From assembly GCA_965238175.1 (NCBI GenBank), contig CBDEGZ010000003.1, positions 736,001-800,000 of the forward strand: a stretch of DNA of 64,000 nucleotides, read 5' to 3'. The translations under genes were made by a program, and so were the position numbers. Under the pieces are notes generated by a model. The model was not told the DNA's origin, did not search any database, and saw only the letters and a list, made by a program, of their open reading frames with translations. This DNA comes from Gammaproteobacteria bacterium. GTDB taxonomy: Bacteria > Pseudomonadota > Gammaproteobacteria > CAJXQU01. Positions 39,915-50,172 of this stretch are shown in pieces. Numbering within the stretch: the stretch's first letter is position 1; every line of letters starts with the position of its first letter.

Positions 39915-40877
39915 CTACCCTGATCGAAATAGTACGAATTGATAGATCACAAAAGCAACCAATAAAATGGCACCATGAAGCTTCGTTATTTTACCTGCCT
40001 TTCGAAATCCATAAGACATAAAAAACATCAAAACACTTAAAAACAGCATAATTGGAAAATCGCGCGTTAATACATCACCATTAACCGTTGCAGGATGAAT
40101 TAAGCCCGGTACACTCAAAACGCCCAACATATTGAACATATTTGATCCAATAATATTACCTAACGCCATATCTTGCTCACCTTTGAGAGCACTCATCAAA
40201 GAGGCTGCAAGTTCCGGTAAGCTGGTTCCAACGGCGACAATCGTCAGGCCGATGATCAAATCACTCACCCCCCAAAACTGGGCAATGTTTGATGCACCTT
40301 TAACTAAGGCTTGAGAACCGACAAACAATAGTATGGAGCCTAATATCAACCAAAATACAGCAGCATTAGTAGAAAGATCATTCTCTAACTCTTCTTCAAA
40401 ATCTAATTTTATTGGATCATCCACCGCCGATTTCTTACCGAGAAAAACGGTAACCGCAATCATCAAAAACATTCCAAACAATAAAATAGCACCATCCAGT
40501 CGGCTTAGGTCACCATCAAGCAATAAACCATAAGCCAAAAATAAGGCAACAAACATCATTGGAAATTCGCGTTTGATCGTCCCAGAATTAACCAGCAAAG
40601 GAGACATAAGTGCCGTCGCACCTAAAACCAACGCAATATTAGTAATATTTGATCCAATTGCATTACCAATCGCTAATCCAGTTTTCCCATCCCAGGCAGC
40701 AACGCCGGCAACCAACATCTCTGGGACAGAAGTCGCGAATGCAACGATTGTCAACCCGATAATCAATGGTGACATTCCAAACTTGGCACCCACACTAGAA
40801 GCACCAATCACAAAACGATCAGCGCCATAAGTCAGTAATGCCAGACCAATTAAAACAGCAAGCGTATTTATTAACAT
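39915..40877 (-). CDS. yrbG: Ca2+/Na+ antiporter
   Basis: TSVPE/GTSLPE and GN.IGSN repeats. Confidence 0.9.
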   Translation of the reverse strand: MLINTLAVLIGLALLTYGADRFVIGASSVGAKFGMSPLIIGLTIVAFATSVPEMLVAGVAAWDGKTGLAIGNAIGSNITNIALVLGATALMSPLLVNSGTIKREFPMMFVALFLAYGLLLDGDLSRLDGAILLFGMFLMIAVTVFLGKKSAVDDPIKLDFEEELENDLSTNAAVFWLILGSILLFVGSQALVKGASNIAQFWGVSDLIIGLTIVAVGTSLPELAASLMSALKGEQDMALGNIIGSNMFNMLGVLSVPGLIHPATVNGDVLTRDFPIMLFLSVLMFFMSYGFRKAGKITKLHGAILLVAFVIYQFVLFRSG

Positions 40878-40997
40878 CCGCCCATTATCTCAGATTTTGA
40901 AACAAATCCGGCAGATTTAAAGATTTTTTTGCCGATTACTCCAATAAAACGAAATTACGAGATGGCAGAATTTTCGTATCTACGTAAAATGCCGCGC

Positions 40998-41999
40998 ATG
41001 GATACTCGACGGCAAGCAATAAAACGATGGTTAGAAGATGACTTAAAAATCAAAAATTACACCATCGAACCAGCCTCTGCAGATGCCAGTTTTCGCCGTT
41101 ATTTTCGGATCAAAACCAAAGATCAAAGCTTGATCATTATGGACGCTCCACCTGATAAAGAGGATTGTTCTCCCTTTGTTGACATCACAAACCGTCTGTT
41201 AAAAATTGGCCTCAACTCTCCTGAAGTAAAAGCACACGATATAGAAAACGGATTCCTTTTATTATCTGATCTAGGCCAAGTCATGTATTTGGACAAGCTC
41301 GATGATGACAATGCTGACACCCTTTATAAAGCAGCTATCGACTCACTGATCAAAATGCAAACTCAGGCTGATATCAATAAACTTCCAGAATATGATCAAC
41401 AATTATTGGATCAAGAAATGCAGCTTTTTCCAGACTGGTTGTTAAAACAATATCTCGGAATATCCAACGAATGGTTAGGAGATATTTTTAGTTTTGTTAG
41501 CCAATCAGCGTTGCAACAGCCTCATGTTTTTGTACACCGTGACTACCATTCCAGAAACCTGACATGGCAGCCTAATCAAGAACCCGGGATCCTCGATTTT
41601 CAAGACGCAGTTCTTGGTCCGATAAGTTACGATCTTGTCTCACTATTGCGTGACTGCTACATCCAGTGGCCGCAAGAGCGTATTGTCACCTGGGTGAAAT
41701 ATTATTGTGAGACGATGCGAAAAAAAGGCTTGTTAACAGAAATTTCAGATGAGGAATTTCTTCGCTGGTTTGATCTGATGGGAATCCAAAGACACCTGAA
41801 GGCCAGCGGTATTTTTGCCCGGCTGTGGCTCCGCGATGGTAAACAAGGATATTTAAAAGACATCCCACGCACTTTAAATTACATAATTGAAACCAGCGGC
41901 CGATACCCTGAATTACAGGAACTAGAATCAAAGCAAACGGATGAAATTTTGCCCGCAATACTCAGTAAGGAATTGCACAACAAGGAAAATTTAGTATGA
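40998..41999 (+). CDS. amgK: Anomeric MurNAc/GlcNAc kinase (start uncertain; ORF extends to 40929)
   Basis: SADASFRRYFR, MDAPP, HRDYHSRNL, DFQDA, GIFARL..RDGK. Confidence 0.9.
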   Translation: MDTRRQAIKRWLEDDLKIKNYTIEPASADASFRRYFRIKTKDQSLIIMDAPPDKEDCSPFVDITNRLLKIGLNSPEVKAHDIENGFLLLSDLGQVMYLDKLDDDNADTLYKAAIDSLIKMQTQADINKLPEYDQQLLDQEMQLFPDWLLKQYLGISNEWLGDIFSFVSQSALQQPHVFVHRDYHSRNLTWQPNQEPGILDFQDAVLGPISYDLVSLLRDCYIQWPQERIVTWVKYYCETMRKKGLLTEISDEEFLRWFDLMGIQRHLKASGIFARLWLRDGKQGYLKDIPRTLNYIIETSGRYPELQELESKQTDEILPAILSKELHNKENLV

Positions 42000-42688
42000 A
42001 AGCAATGATACTTGCAGCAGGTCATGGTAAGCGTATGGGTGAGCTAACCGCAAAAACACCCAAACCATTGCTCAAGCTTGGATCAAATCCAAACAGTAAA
42101 ACACTGATCGAACACCATATCGAAAGACTCGTCAAAGCCGGCGTCACCAATATTGTAATCAACCGTGCACAACATTCTGAACAATTTGAGAATGTATTAG
42201 GTCACGGTGAAAAACTCGGTGCGAAACTTAGCTATTCAGACGAAGGTGATCAGCCACTAGAAACAGGTGGCGGGATATACAAGGCGCTTCCATTGCTCAG
42301 TGATTCCAGCTTCATGGTCATTAACGGTGATATCTGGTGTGACTATCCCATTGAAAATTTACTGCATGATCCTGAAGGTCTTGCCCATTTAGTTCTTGTA
42401 TCCAATCCAGAACATAATCCCAAAGGTGATTTTGCATTAGAAAAAAGTAATGATGAGAAACATCAACGTACTCGGCTTGAAGGAGCAGAAAAATATACTT
42501 TCAGCGGCCTCGCCATTTATCGTCCAGAACTGTTTGACGAATGCAGCGAAGGCAGCTTCTCGCTTGCCCCGATTCTACGTCATGCTATCTCGCAAGATTT
42601 GGTTGCAGGAGAATTATATCAAGGCGAATGGCGAGATATTGGAACACCGGAACGACTGGCTGAGCTGGCTGAATTGATTGAAAGTTGA
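41996..42688 (+). CDS. murU: MurNAc-1-phosphate uridylyltransferase
   Basis: MKAMILAAG.G.RM, PKPLL, LETGGGI, NPEHNP.GDF, DIGTPERL. Confidence 0.92.
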   Translation: MKAMILAAGHGKRMGELTAKTPKPLLKLGSNPNSKTLIEHHIERLVKAGVTNIVINRAQHSEQFENVLGHGEKLGAKLSYSDEGDQPLETGGGIYKALPLLSDSSFMVINGDIWCDYPIENLLHDPEGLAHLVLVSNPEHNPKGDFALEKSNDEKHQRTRLEGAEKYTFSGLAIYRPELFDECSEGSFSLAPILRHAISQDLVAGELYQGEWRDIGTPERLAELAELIES

Positions 42689-42706
42689 TCGAAAAAATTA
42701 ACACAT

Positions 42707-42736
42707 AAAAAAAGCCCGCGTAAAACGGGCTTTTTT
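42707..42736. terminator. Bidirectional Rho-independent terminator
   Basis: A7-GCCCG-cgtaaaa-CGGGC-T6 between convergent murU and pilin genes. Confidence 0.9.
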
Positions 42737-42756
42737 ATTAATTCTTAATTAAAATT

Positions 42757-43509
42757 TCAGTAAAGATAAATAGCATTACAGTCTTGACTATCAGTACTGA
42801 CATCCCAAAGTAAAGCGGGGGCTGTTCCTGTTGTGCAATTACCTCCATTTTGTGCAACAGCACCATAATCCGTAGAATTAGGTGTAGTTACCCTCAAAAC
42901 ACCATTCCCAGGTCTTCCATCATCTATTTTCGTATCCAACTCTGAAAGAATCGCTACAGGCGTATTCCTACCCATATAAAACCCTAATTTTACTGTTGCC
43001 GCACCTAGATATTGATTTGTACTTCCGAGTAAAACTCTAGTACTAAAAGGATTTGTGGGTGCAACATTTTGTGTGGCACCAGTATAAGCTGCGGGAGTAC
43101 CAGCTACACCCGTATAATCGTTTACTAGAAAACCCGAAGCACTCAAATGCTTCCATACCGCTGCAGCTTCTGTAAAACTGCCTTGGCCAAGTCTGCCGTT
43201 TCCATTCCCGCCTGGACCCGTAGCCGCACAACTGGTGACACCCATTTGAGACGCACCTATAGCATTACACGCTGCTAGAGGAAGCATATCTCCAGGAATT
43301 GCTCTGTAACGATCAATAAATCCAAAATAAGCAGCCTGAACTGAAGAATTCAGATCAGCCATATTTCGCACTCGAGCACTATTTGCTAACTCTTGTCCTT
43401 TTAAAACACCGCCTAGAAGCAATCCAATAATAACCAGCACAATTGCAATCTCGACGAGTGTGAACCCCTGCTGTTTTGAATATTGTTGTGTATTTTTTAT
43501 TGTATTCAT
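42757..43509 (-). CDS. Type IV pilin/pseudopilin (class III signal peptide)
   Basis: QQG^FTLVEIAIVLVIIGLLLGGVLKGQEL; two Cys pairs; ATG 43509 with AAGGA RBS. Confidence 0.9.
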   Translation of the reverse strand: MNTIKNTQQYSKQQGFTLVEIAIVLVIIGLLLGGVLKGQELANSARVRNMADLNSSVQAAYFGFIDRYRAIPGDMLPLAACNAIGASQMGVTSCAATGPGGNGNGRLGQGSFTEAAAVWKHLSASGFLVNDYTGVAGTPAAYTGATQNVAPTNPFSTRVLLGSTNQYLGAATVKLGFYMGRNTPVAILSELDTKIDDGRPGNGVLRVTTPNSTDYGAVAQNGGNCTTGTAPALLWDVSTDSQDCNAIYLY

Positions 43510-43552
43510 CAATTCTGCATCCTTAAATTTAGCTGTAACTAAATCAGGTATT

Positions 43553-43568
43553 AGCAGAAACCATGCCA
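43553..43568 (-). promoter_or_regulatory. Sigma-54 (-24/-12) promoter for the pilin
   Basis: Minus strand TGGCATGGTTTCTGCT = GG-N10-GC, 44 nt upstream of the ATG. Confidence 0.75.
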
Positions 43569-43719
43569 TGCAAATAAGTCATTGATATTTAAAGTAATTA
43601 ACATGATTTTACAATGTTAGATCGACCATTGTTGACGAGCTGACAACAGGACTGTTGAGATATCAACAGTTGTAGTTCATGAGGGATTCAAAATAGTCGG
43701 AACATTAACCTGAGTGAAC

Positions 43720-45108
43720 TTAATCCGGGAAACGATTCCAAGCATGTAGTGCAGCGATCTTATAGGCCTCTGCAAGTGTTGGATAATTAAAGACGTTATT
43801 CACAAAATAGTCCATTGTACCGCCCAATTGCATTACAGCTTGTCCGATATGGATCAATTCTGTTGCGCCTTCGCCGACAATATGTGTACCGATTAGACGA
43901 CGATCTTCCAGGCTGAAGATTAATTTTAGTAACCCTTCGCGCAGACCCAGGATCTGACCCCGAGAAGTTTCTCGGAAACGAGCCTCACCGACCTCGTAAC
44001 CGATGTTGCGTTCTTTGCAGTCACGCTCCGTAAGGCCAATTACACTCATTTCTGGAACGGCATAAATTCCAAATGGAAAGTCACTGAAACCAGCATCCGA
44101 TTTTTTGCCAAATGCATGACGGGCAGCAAGCCGTCCCTGTTCCATGGAGCTGGAAGCCAGGCTTGGGAAACCGATCACATCACCAGCAGCATAGATGTGT
44201 CTTACTTTTGTTGCGTAATGTTGGTTCACCTCTATCAGCCCACGACTGTCAGCTTCTAACCCTGCATTTTCAAGTCCAAGATCGGCAGTGTTTCCTTGAC
44301 GACCGGCGGCATATAAAACCATATCAGCACGTAGTTGTTTCCCACTGGATAAATGGACTTTCACGCGTTTTTTGCCAAGATGTTCTAGTCTTTCGACAGA
44401 TTCACCCATGCGTATCGACACACCCCTATCACGTAAGTGATGTTTAAACTCGTCAATAATTTCGCGATCGAGAAAGCTAAGCATCTCTTCACGACCATCG
44501 ACTAAGGTGACGTCGATATCAAGCGCGCTATAGATTGATGCGTATTCAACTCCAATGACACCTGCGCCGACCACAACCATATTGCGTGGTAGTTTTTCTA
44601 TTTCCAAAATATGATCACTATCAAGGACGCGTACACCATCGAAGGGGATATCGGGCGGTTGAACTGGCGAAGTACCGACCGCAAGCATAAATTTTTTCGC
44701 CTGGTATTGCTCTTCTTTACCTTTATGATCAACAACACGCACAGTATGTGGATCAACAAAACTAGCGCGACCGACGATTGAGGTTATACCATTTCGATAG
44801 AGTTGATGTTGAATAACATCGATTTCATGACGAGTAGTAATGTCTAAACGTTGTGTTAGATCTTGTGCAGTGATGCGTTCTTTTACTCGGTAGCTTCTTC
44901 CATAAAAACCTCTTTGCCTCCACCCCGTCAGGTAAAGAACGGTTTCGCGCAAGGTTTTACTGGGAATAGTCCCTGTGTGCAAGCAGTTGCCCCCCACAGC
45001 CGTGTGTTTTTCGATTATGGCGACAGACTTACCTAATTTTGCTGCCTGGATGGCAGCTCGTTGGCCGGCAGGGCCGCTTCCAATAACGATGAAATCAAAT
45101 TTATCCAT
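43720..45108 (-). CDS. sthA: Soluble pyridine nucleotide transhydrogenase
   Basis: IGSGPAG, GG.C.HTGTIPSK, GFPSLAS, FNYPTLAEAYK; ATG 45108. Confidence 0.93.
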   Translation of the reverse strand: MDKFDFIVIGSGPAGQRAAIQAAKLGKSVAIIEKHTAVGGNCLHTGTIPSKTLRETVLYLTGWRQRGFYGRSYRVKERITAQDLTQRLDITTRHEIDVIQHQLYRNGITSIVGRASFVDPHTVRVVDHKGKEEQYQAKKFMLAVGTSPVQPPDIPFDGVRVLDSDHILEIEKLPRNMVVVGAGVIGVEYASIYSALDIDVTLVDGREEMLSFLDREIIDEFKHHLRDRGVSIRMGESVERLEHLGKKRVKVHLSSGKQLRADMVLYAAGRQGNTADLGLENAGLEADSRGLIEVNQHYATKVRHIYAAGDVIGFPSLASSSMEQGRLAARHAFGKKSDAGFSDFPFGIYAVPEMSVIGLTERDCKERNIGYEVGEARFRETSRGQILGLREGLLKLIFSLEDRRLIGTHIVGEGATELIHIGQAVMQLGGTMDYFVNNVFNYPTLAEAYKIAALHAWNRFPD

Positions 45109-45473
45109 AATTGTGAAAAATCTCAAAAGTAATGTTTTATGTGCTTCAAAGAAAGCAACAAATAAGCCAAAATTCAATGAATAATTTAATAGTGTGAACG
45201 GAAAGAATTTTAGCCTTTTCAGGGGAGCAGAAATTGGAATATATTAATTTGATGGTCAACGAGGGTGGTAGTCATCAGCAAACCAAGGAAATATCTGACG
45301 TAGGCGCAACTGCCATATCACGCCAGCAGCAACAATACCTTGCCGAAATAAAGGAACAAACATTCCAAAGAAAAAAGCCTTAACTGAAAAACAACTTTGG
45401 CGTGAGAAACGGGATCATGAACTCACAGTTACTTTTTTCATTAGAATTTTGTTCTTAAATTCAGACTTTCAAA

Positions 45474-47291
45474 CTAACTACTGTAAGGGACATCCAGATA
45501 AAAAGTGGCACCTTTTCCTTCGGTAGCATCAGCACCAAAATTGTGCTCAAGTAATCTTGCTGTATGCGAAACAATTGATAGACCCAGACCTAAACCTTGA
45601 TCATTTTTTTTATTTTTTCTTTTACTGATCGTTTTGCCTCGATAAAATTCTTCAAAGATATTATTTTTTGTTTCTTGATCAAACCCTGGCCCTGTATCAC
45701 AAACCTGAAGACGTAATTCTTCATCTTTTATGATCGCTTCAAGTGAGATTTCTCCAGCTTCGGTATATCGGATTGCATTGCTTAATAAATTACGCAAAAT
45801 TCTTTCTAGCAAGATTGGATCAGAAGTAATAATCCCTTTTACGTTTACTACTTTTAGTTGAAGATTTTTTTCTTCTGCGAGAATCGAGAAGTCTTGTTCT
45901 AGCTTATGTAATAAATCTTCAATCCTGAAATTACTGATCTTAGGTTGAAGCTGACCAGCTTCAAGCCTGCCCAGGTCGAGTAGCGAGTTGAACATGTCTT
46001 GCATGGATTGAACTGATATTTTTATTCTGTCGATCAAATCGGTTTTTTTGGGATCTGAAGAAACTTCTTTTTGGAGTAGATCGGTATAAAGCGAGAGAGT
46101 GTTGAGAGGTTGACGCAGATCATGACTGGCGGCACGTAAGAATCTCGACTTGGAAAGATTCTCTTCAACCGCTTCGGTTTTTAACGCACGTTCTTTTTTT
46201 ACTTTTTGCTGCGAGAGTAATAATTGGCGAGCACGAAGTTGGGAAAGAAACAGGTATAAAGAGATTAACGATGTGATCAAAATACCACTGATTACCCCAA
46301 GATAAGGTAATTTTGATCCGTTCCATTTACCTATAGTTATATTACTTTCGGTTGAAGATTTAAAAACCGCAACCCATTGTCTATCACCTACGGTGAACCT
46401 GCGTATCCAATGAGGTGTTTGTAACTGATCAATTGCGGCAACTTTTTTGATCAATTGAGCCTTGTTTTCTCCAGAAGAGTCACTACCGAAGTGAAATAAA
46501 AACTGTTCATTTTTTCTGGCTGATGCATCTAGTAATGTGATATCCAGATCCGTTTCATCGGCAAACATGCTCTGGAATAACCCAGTTATATCAAACTGCC
46601 CCATTGCAAAACCAGAGATAGATGAAATACCTTCATAATTTTTCTTACCCGATAGTGGCACCGGCAAAAATGCCTGAAAACCAAACTGACCCCTACCGTT
46701 ATATAAGTGAATACGTCGTGTTACGGCGGTGGTTTTATGATTGACAGCGGCTTGCATTGCACGCCATTTAGAAGGAACCGCAGCAAGATTCATTCCTTCA
46801 CTCAAACGCTCATCGCGTAATGAGATCAAGTGGTAGATGGGAAACGAATCGCCTTGTTTTAGGCTAGTACCCGGCATTCCATGCCCTGTCACTTCGAAGA
46901 TATTAAATCTGGCAGACACCTCATCTCGTGCTTTAGCTATAAAGCCATTTCGTGCTTCATTACTCACTCGCGGCACCCAACCAAGAGCAATGGTTCCTTC
47001 ATGGAAAGCCGCATCTGAGAGGACAAAAATCTCAAATGCTTCGCGACTGACGGATTCACTAGCTCTGTATAGAGCGGCAATTGATGTTAATGATTCAAGT
47101 CCTAGATCGAGCCTTTCTTGAAGTTGTTCTGCCTTCGCTTCATAGCGACGCTTTATTTCTGTACGAAGGCTTTCTTGCGAGTATTCAAGTAAAACATTAA
47201 AGCCCCATGCGGTTAGCAGCAAACCCAACGCAAAAACGGTTCCGGTCAGGATAAAGGGCCATTTTAATAACTGTCTATTTATTGATGCCAC
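45474..47291 (-). CDS. CHASE-domain sensor histidine kinase
   Basis: TM-CHASE (WVPRV, FPI, G.NL)-TM; KSRFLRAASHDLRQPL, NLLSNAIRYT, DTGPG, GLGLGL. Confidence 0.9.
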   Translation of the reverse strand: MASINRQLLKWPFILTGTVFALGLLLTAWGFNVLLEYSQESLRTEIKRRYEAKAEQLQERLDLGLESLTSIAALYRASESVSREAFEIFVLSDAAFHEGTIALGWVPRVSNEARNGFIAKARDEVSARFNIFEVTGHGMPGTSLKQGDSFPIYHLISLRDERLSEGMNLAAVPSKWRAMQAAVNHKTTAVTRRIHLYNGRGQFGFQAFLPVPLSGKKNYEGISSISGFAMGQFDITGLFQSMFADETDLDITLLDASARKNEQFLFHFGSDSSGENKAQLIKKVAAIDQLQTPHWIRRFTVGDRQWVAVFKSSTESNITIGKWNGSKLPYLGVISGILITSLISLYLFLSQLRARQLLLSQQKVKKERALKTEAVEENLSKSRFLRAASHDLRQPLNTLSLYTDLLQKEVSSDPKKTDLIDRIKISVQSMQDMFNSLLDLGRLEAGQLQPKISNFRIEDLLHKLEQDFSILAEEKNLQLKVVNVKGIITSDPILLERILRNLLSNAIRYTEAGEISLEAIIKDEELRLQVCDTGPGFDQETKNNIFEEFYRGKTISKRKNKKNDQGLGLGLSIVSHTARLLEHNFGADATEGKGATFYLDVPYSS

Positions 47292-47401
47292 CTATTATTC
47301 CGAAGGTTATAGTCCGTCCTGCATATTGTTATGTAGCAAGATCAATTCCATACTTATCTCGCATGTTTAAAAAACATATAAAACTAAAGGAGATGTATAT
47401 A

Positions 47402-47878
47402 ATGATCAACAAAACTATTCTAATCGCTTTTCTTTCATTATTCACAGTTGCTAGCAATGCAGCAGATGGCGCGCTAACAGTTTCTAAACAGGCTGTGCTT
47501 GATGTACCACCTTCAACTGCCTGGGCATTGCTGGGTGACTTTAATGGTTTGAACAACTGGCATCCTGCTGTGGCAGACAGTGAGTTAAGTTCTGATGGTC
47601 AAAAACGAGTATTAACATTGGGTGATGGCGCAAAAATCTATGAAACACAACTCAACCATAGTAACTCTAATATGTCTTATACCTACAAAATAACTGAGTC
47701 ACCATTACCGGTATCTGATTATGTTTCAACTATCAAAGTTGAACGTAATACAATGGGAACTTCTACTGTTACATGGTCTTCAAGCTTTAATGCCGCTGGT
47801 GTACCTGATGAGAAAGCCGTCGAAATTATTTCTGGCGTTTATGGCGGTGGCTTACAGTCGTTAGAGACCTTATATTAA
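47402..47878 (+). CDS. Exported SRPBCC (MxaD-like) protein
   Basis: Signal peptide; W...GDFNGL.NWHPAV, R.LTLGDG, SPLPV.DY; AAGGAG RBS before ATG 47402. Confidence 0.82.
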   Translation: MINKTILIAFLSLFTVASNAADGALTVSKQAVLDVPPSTAWALLGDFNGLNNWHPAVADSELSSDGQKRVLTLGDGAKIYETQLNHSNSNMSYTYKITESPLPVSDYVSTIKVERNTMGTSTVTWSSSFNAAGVPDEKAVEIISGVYGGGLQSLETLY

Positions 47879-47893
47879 GATTTGATTTGATCT

Positions 47894-48057
47894 TGAAACC
47901 TTTACACGGAAGAGTATCTTGTTTCCAAGCAAGGCAAAAACACGCACAAAAGAGGGAGTTTATGTTTTATAAATGACCAATTGAGCATGTTTTATCAACA
48001 GTAGGCGCTATAGGCAACACCGCACAGGAGCAAAATAACTTTCGTGTGATGGTTTCA
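47894..48057. mobile_element. ERIC-like MITE (~164 bp)
   Basis: IR TGAAACCTTTACACGGAAG vs CTTTCGTGTGATGGTTTCA (16/19); internal CAAGGC...GAGTTTAT-gtttt-ATAAATGAC...CAACACCG. Confidence 0.7.
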
Positions 48058-48115
48058 GCTATGACAGTCTTGATGGCTGTCGTAGTTCTTTCAAGTAACG
48101 TATTATGTTGCGCAT

Positions 48116-48730
48116 ATGGACATCCTAATCGCCGACGACCACCCACTATATCGCGATGCGCTTAGTATGCTCGTGCAACAACTTGATGATGTGGTGAATA
48201 CCACGACTGTGACTTGTTACGATGATGTGATCGAGCATCTTCGACAAGAGAACCAACCAAACCTGATTTTAGTTGATCTGCATATGCCTGGTATTGATGC
48301 GTGGCAGGGTATAAAAACCCTGCGCGGAATTTGCCCAGATATACCTGTGGTGGTGATCTCTTCCTCTGAATCTGAACAAGATAGTTCAAAAGCATTGGAA
48401 CTCGGAGCGCTTGGGTTTATCCCAAAATCGCTTGATGGCGATAGTATGGTGAATGCGCTGAAGTTGATCGTCGAGAACGGCATCACCATTGCTCCGATCA
48501 TGAAACGTTCAGTCATAGAAGAAACACCAACCTCATCAATGTTAACTCCTCGCCAGAATGAGGTTTTACAACATCTTGCCAATGGAGAATCCAATAAGGT
48601 CATTGCCCGTGAACTCGATCTTTCTGAAGGAACCGTCAAACTACATGTTCGTGCTGTTTTCACCGCATTGAATGTCAGTAATCGAACGCAAGCCGTTAGA
48701 GCAGCTGAAAAAAAGGGGCTAGTCGATTAA
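48116..48730 (+). CDS. NarL/LuxR-family response regulator
   Basis: ADDHPL, VDLHMPG, GFIPK; LTPRQ.EVL, NKVIAREL..SEGTVK.HV. Confidence 0.93.
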   Translation: MDILIADDHPLYRDALSMLVQQLDDVVNTTTVTCYDDVIEHLRQENQPNLILVDLHMPGIDAWQGIKTLRGICPDIPVVVISSSESEQDSSKALELGALGFIPKSLDGDSMVNALKLIVENGITIAPIMKRSVIEETPTSSMLTPRQNEVLQHLANGESNKVIARELDLSEGTVKLHVRAVFTALNVSNRTQAVRAAEKKGLVD

Positions 48731-48856
48731 GTTTTTACAGAATATTTATCATGGTATATTTCTATAACAAAATATTAAATTAACAATACTTCCACAATAA
48801 TTACTTTGCCAATAAAGCCATAAAAATAAAACAATACTAATAATTAAAGAATAACA

Positions 48857-49627
48857 ATGTTCAAAATTGCCACATGGAATCTCAACTCTCTTAAAGTACG
48901 CCATGATCATGTACTCGACTGGTTAGCAGCTGAACAGCCAGATGTTCTAACTTTACAAGAAACGAAAACCCAAGATCAAAACTTTCCATTAGAAGCCATC
49001 AATACCGCTGGTTATCAAGTCTCTTTTGCTGGCCAAAAGACCTTTAATGGTGTCGCAACACTGAGTAAAATTTCTGCACAAGATGTAATCACCGATCTGC
49101 CTGATTTTGAAGATCCCCAACGTCGTGTGATGGGTTGTCGTATTGGTGATGTTTTTGTACTCAATTTATATGTTCCAAATGGATCGGACGTGGGAACAGA
49201 AAAATATGCGTATAAACTCAATTGGCTAAAAGCACTTCATAACTATGTAAAGCAGCTATTAGAAAAAGAGAGGCATGTTATTTTGTTGGGTGACTTTAAT
49301 ATCGCACCCGAAGATCGCGATGTTCACGATCCTGAAAAATGGGAAGGTGGTGTTTTAGTGAGCGAACCTGAAAGGGAAGCACTTACCAAAATTCAAAATG
49401 AAGGTTTGGTTGATGTTTTTCGTTTATTTGATCAAGAAGAAAAATCTTTCTCATGGTGGGATTATCGTATGCTGGGTTTTCAGCAAAATCATGGTCTTAG
49501 AATTGATCTGATTTTAGCAAGCCAAAAACTAAGCGGTTTTTGTACTTCATGCAGAATTGATAAAGACCCACGACGACTTGAAAAACCTTCTGATCACACC
49601 CCTGTTATTGCGGAGTTTGCCTTGTGA
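48857..49627 (+). CDS. xthA: Exodeoxyribonuclease III
   Basis: ATWN.NS, LQETK, YVPNG, GDFNIAP, WWDYR, RIDL, SDH. Confidence 0.95.
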   Translation: MFKIATWNLNSLKVRHDHVLDWLAAEQPDVLTLQETKTQDQNFPLEAINTAGYQVSFAGQKTFNGVATLSKISAQDVITDLPDFEDPQRRVMGCRIGDVFVLNLYVPNGSDVGTEKYAYKLNWLKALHNYVKQLLEKERHVILLGDFNIAPEDRDVHDPEKWEGGVLVSEPEREALTKIQNEGLVDVFRLFDQEEKSFSWWDYRMLGFQQNHGLRIDLILASQKLSGFCTSCRIDKDPRRLEKPSDHTPVIAEFAL

Positions 49628-50172
49628 AAAATATGAAAAAGATTTTTTTTTACCTCCTGTTTGTTATTTCTAATCCTCTTTTTGCCGGTGAATTAAATGG
49701 CCCGCACAATCACGGCGAAGTTGAGTTACTCGCACTATGGCATGACAACAAGCTAAAAATCACCTTGGTTGCAAGTGCGCAGGATCTACTTGGTTTTGAA
49801 CGTGAGCCCGCAACTGCAAAAGAAAAAAAGACCTTACGAAATTTTGATAAAAAATATAATCCTTTCAAATTGCTTGAAATCAATTCAGAAGCAGAATGTG
49901 ATTACTCAAAAGGCTATTCAGAATCAGAACTGTTTTCGGCAGCACCTCACAAACATGGCATGTTAGATGAAACTCACACGCATGAGCTCGGATTAGAAGG
50001 CCATATCGATTTTCTTATGTATTCGGAATATAAATGCGATAACGCTCCGGTTATAACGTTCGAACTATTTAATTTATCGCCATCCGTCAAAAAAATTAAC
50101 GTGCATGAAAACACCATCGATGGAGAGATATTAACAACATTATCGAAACAAAATAATGAGCTCAAATTTTAA
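49624..50172 (+). CDS. ZrgA/DUF2796-like His-rich periplasmic metal-binding protein
   Basis: Signal peptide, H.HG, DLLGFE..P, His-rich linker, H.DF...Y.C. Confidence 0.7.
   Translation: MKNMKKIFFYLLFVISNPLFAGELNGPHNHGEVELLALWHDNKLKITLVASAQDLLGFEREPATAKEKKTLRNFDKKYNPFKLLEINSEAECDYSKGYSESELFSAAPHKHGMLDETHTHELGLEGHIDFLMYSEYKCDNAPVITFELFNLSPSVKKINVHENTIDGEILTTLSKQNNELKF

Noticed and set aside
45256-45441. Minus-strand frame MKKVTVSS*SRFS...DDYHPR with an in-frame TGA (selenoprotein?)
   Set aside because: No redox motif, recognisable family or clear SECIS hairpin; more likely non-coding or decayed.
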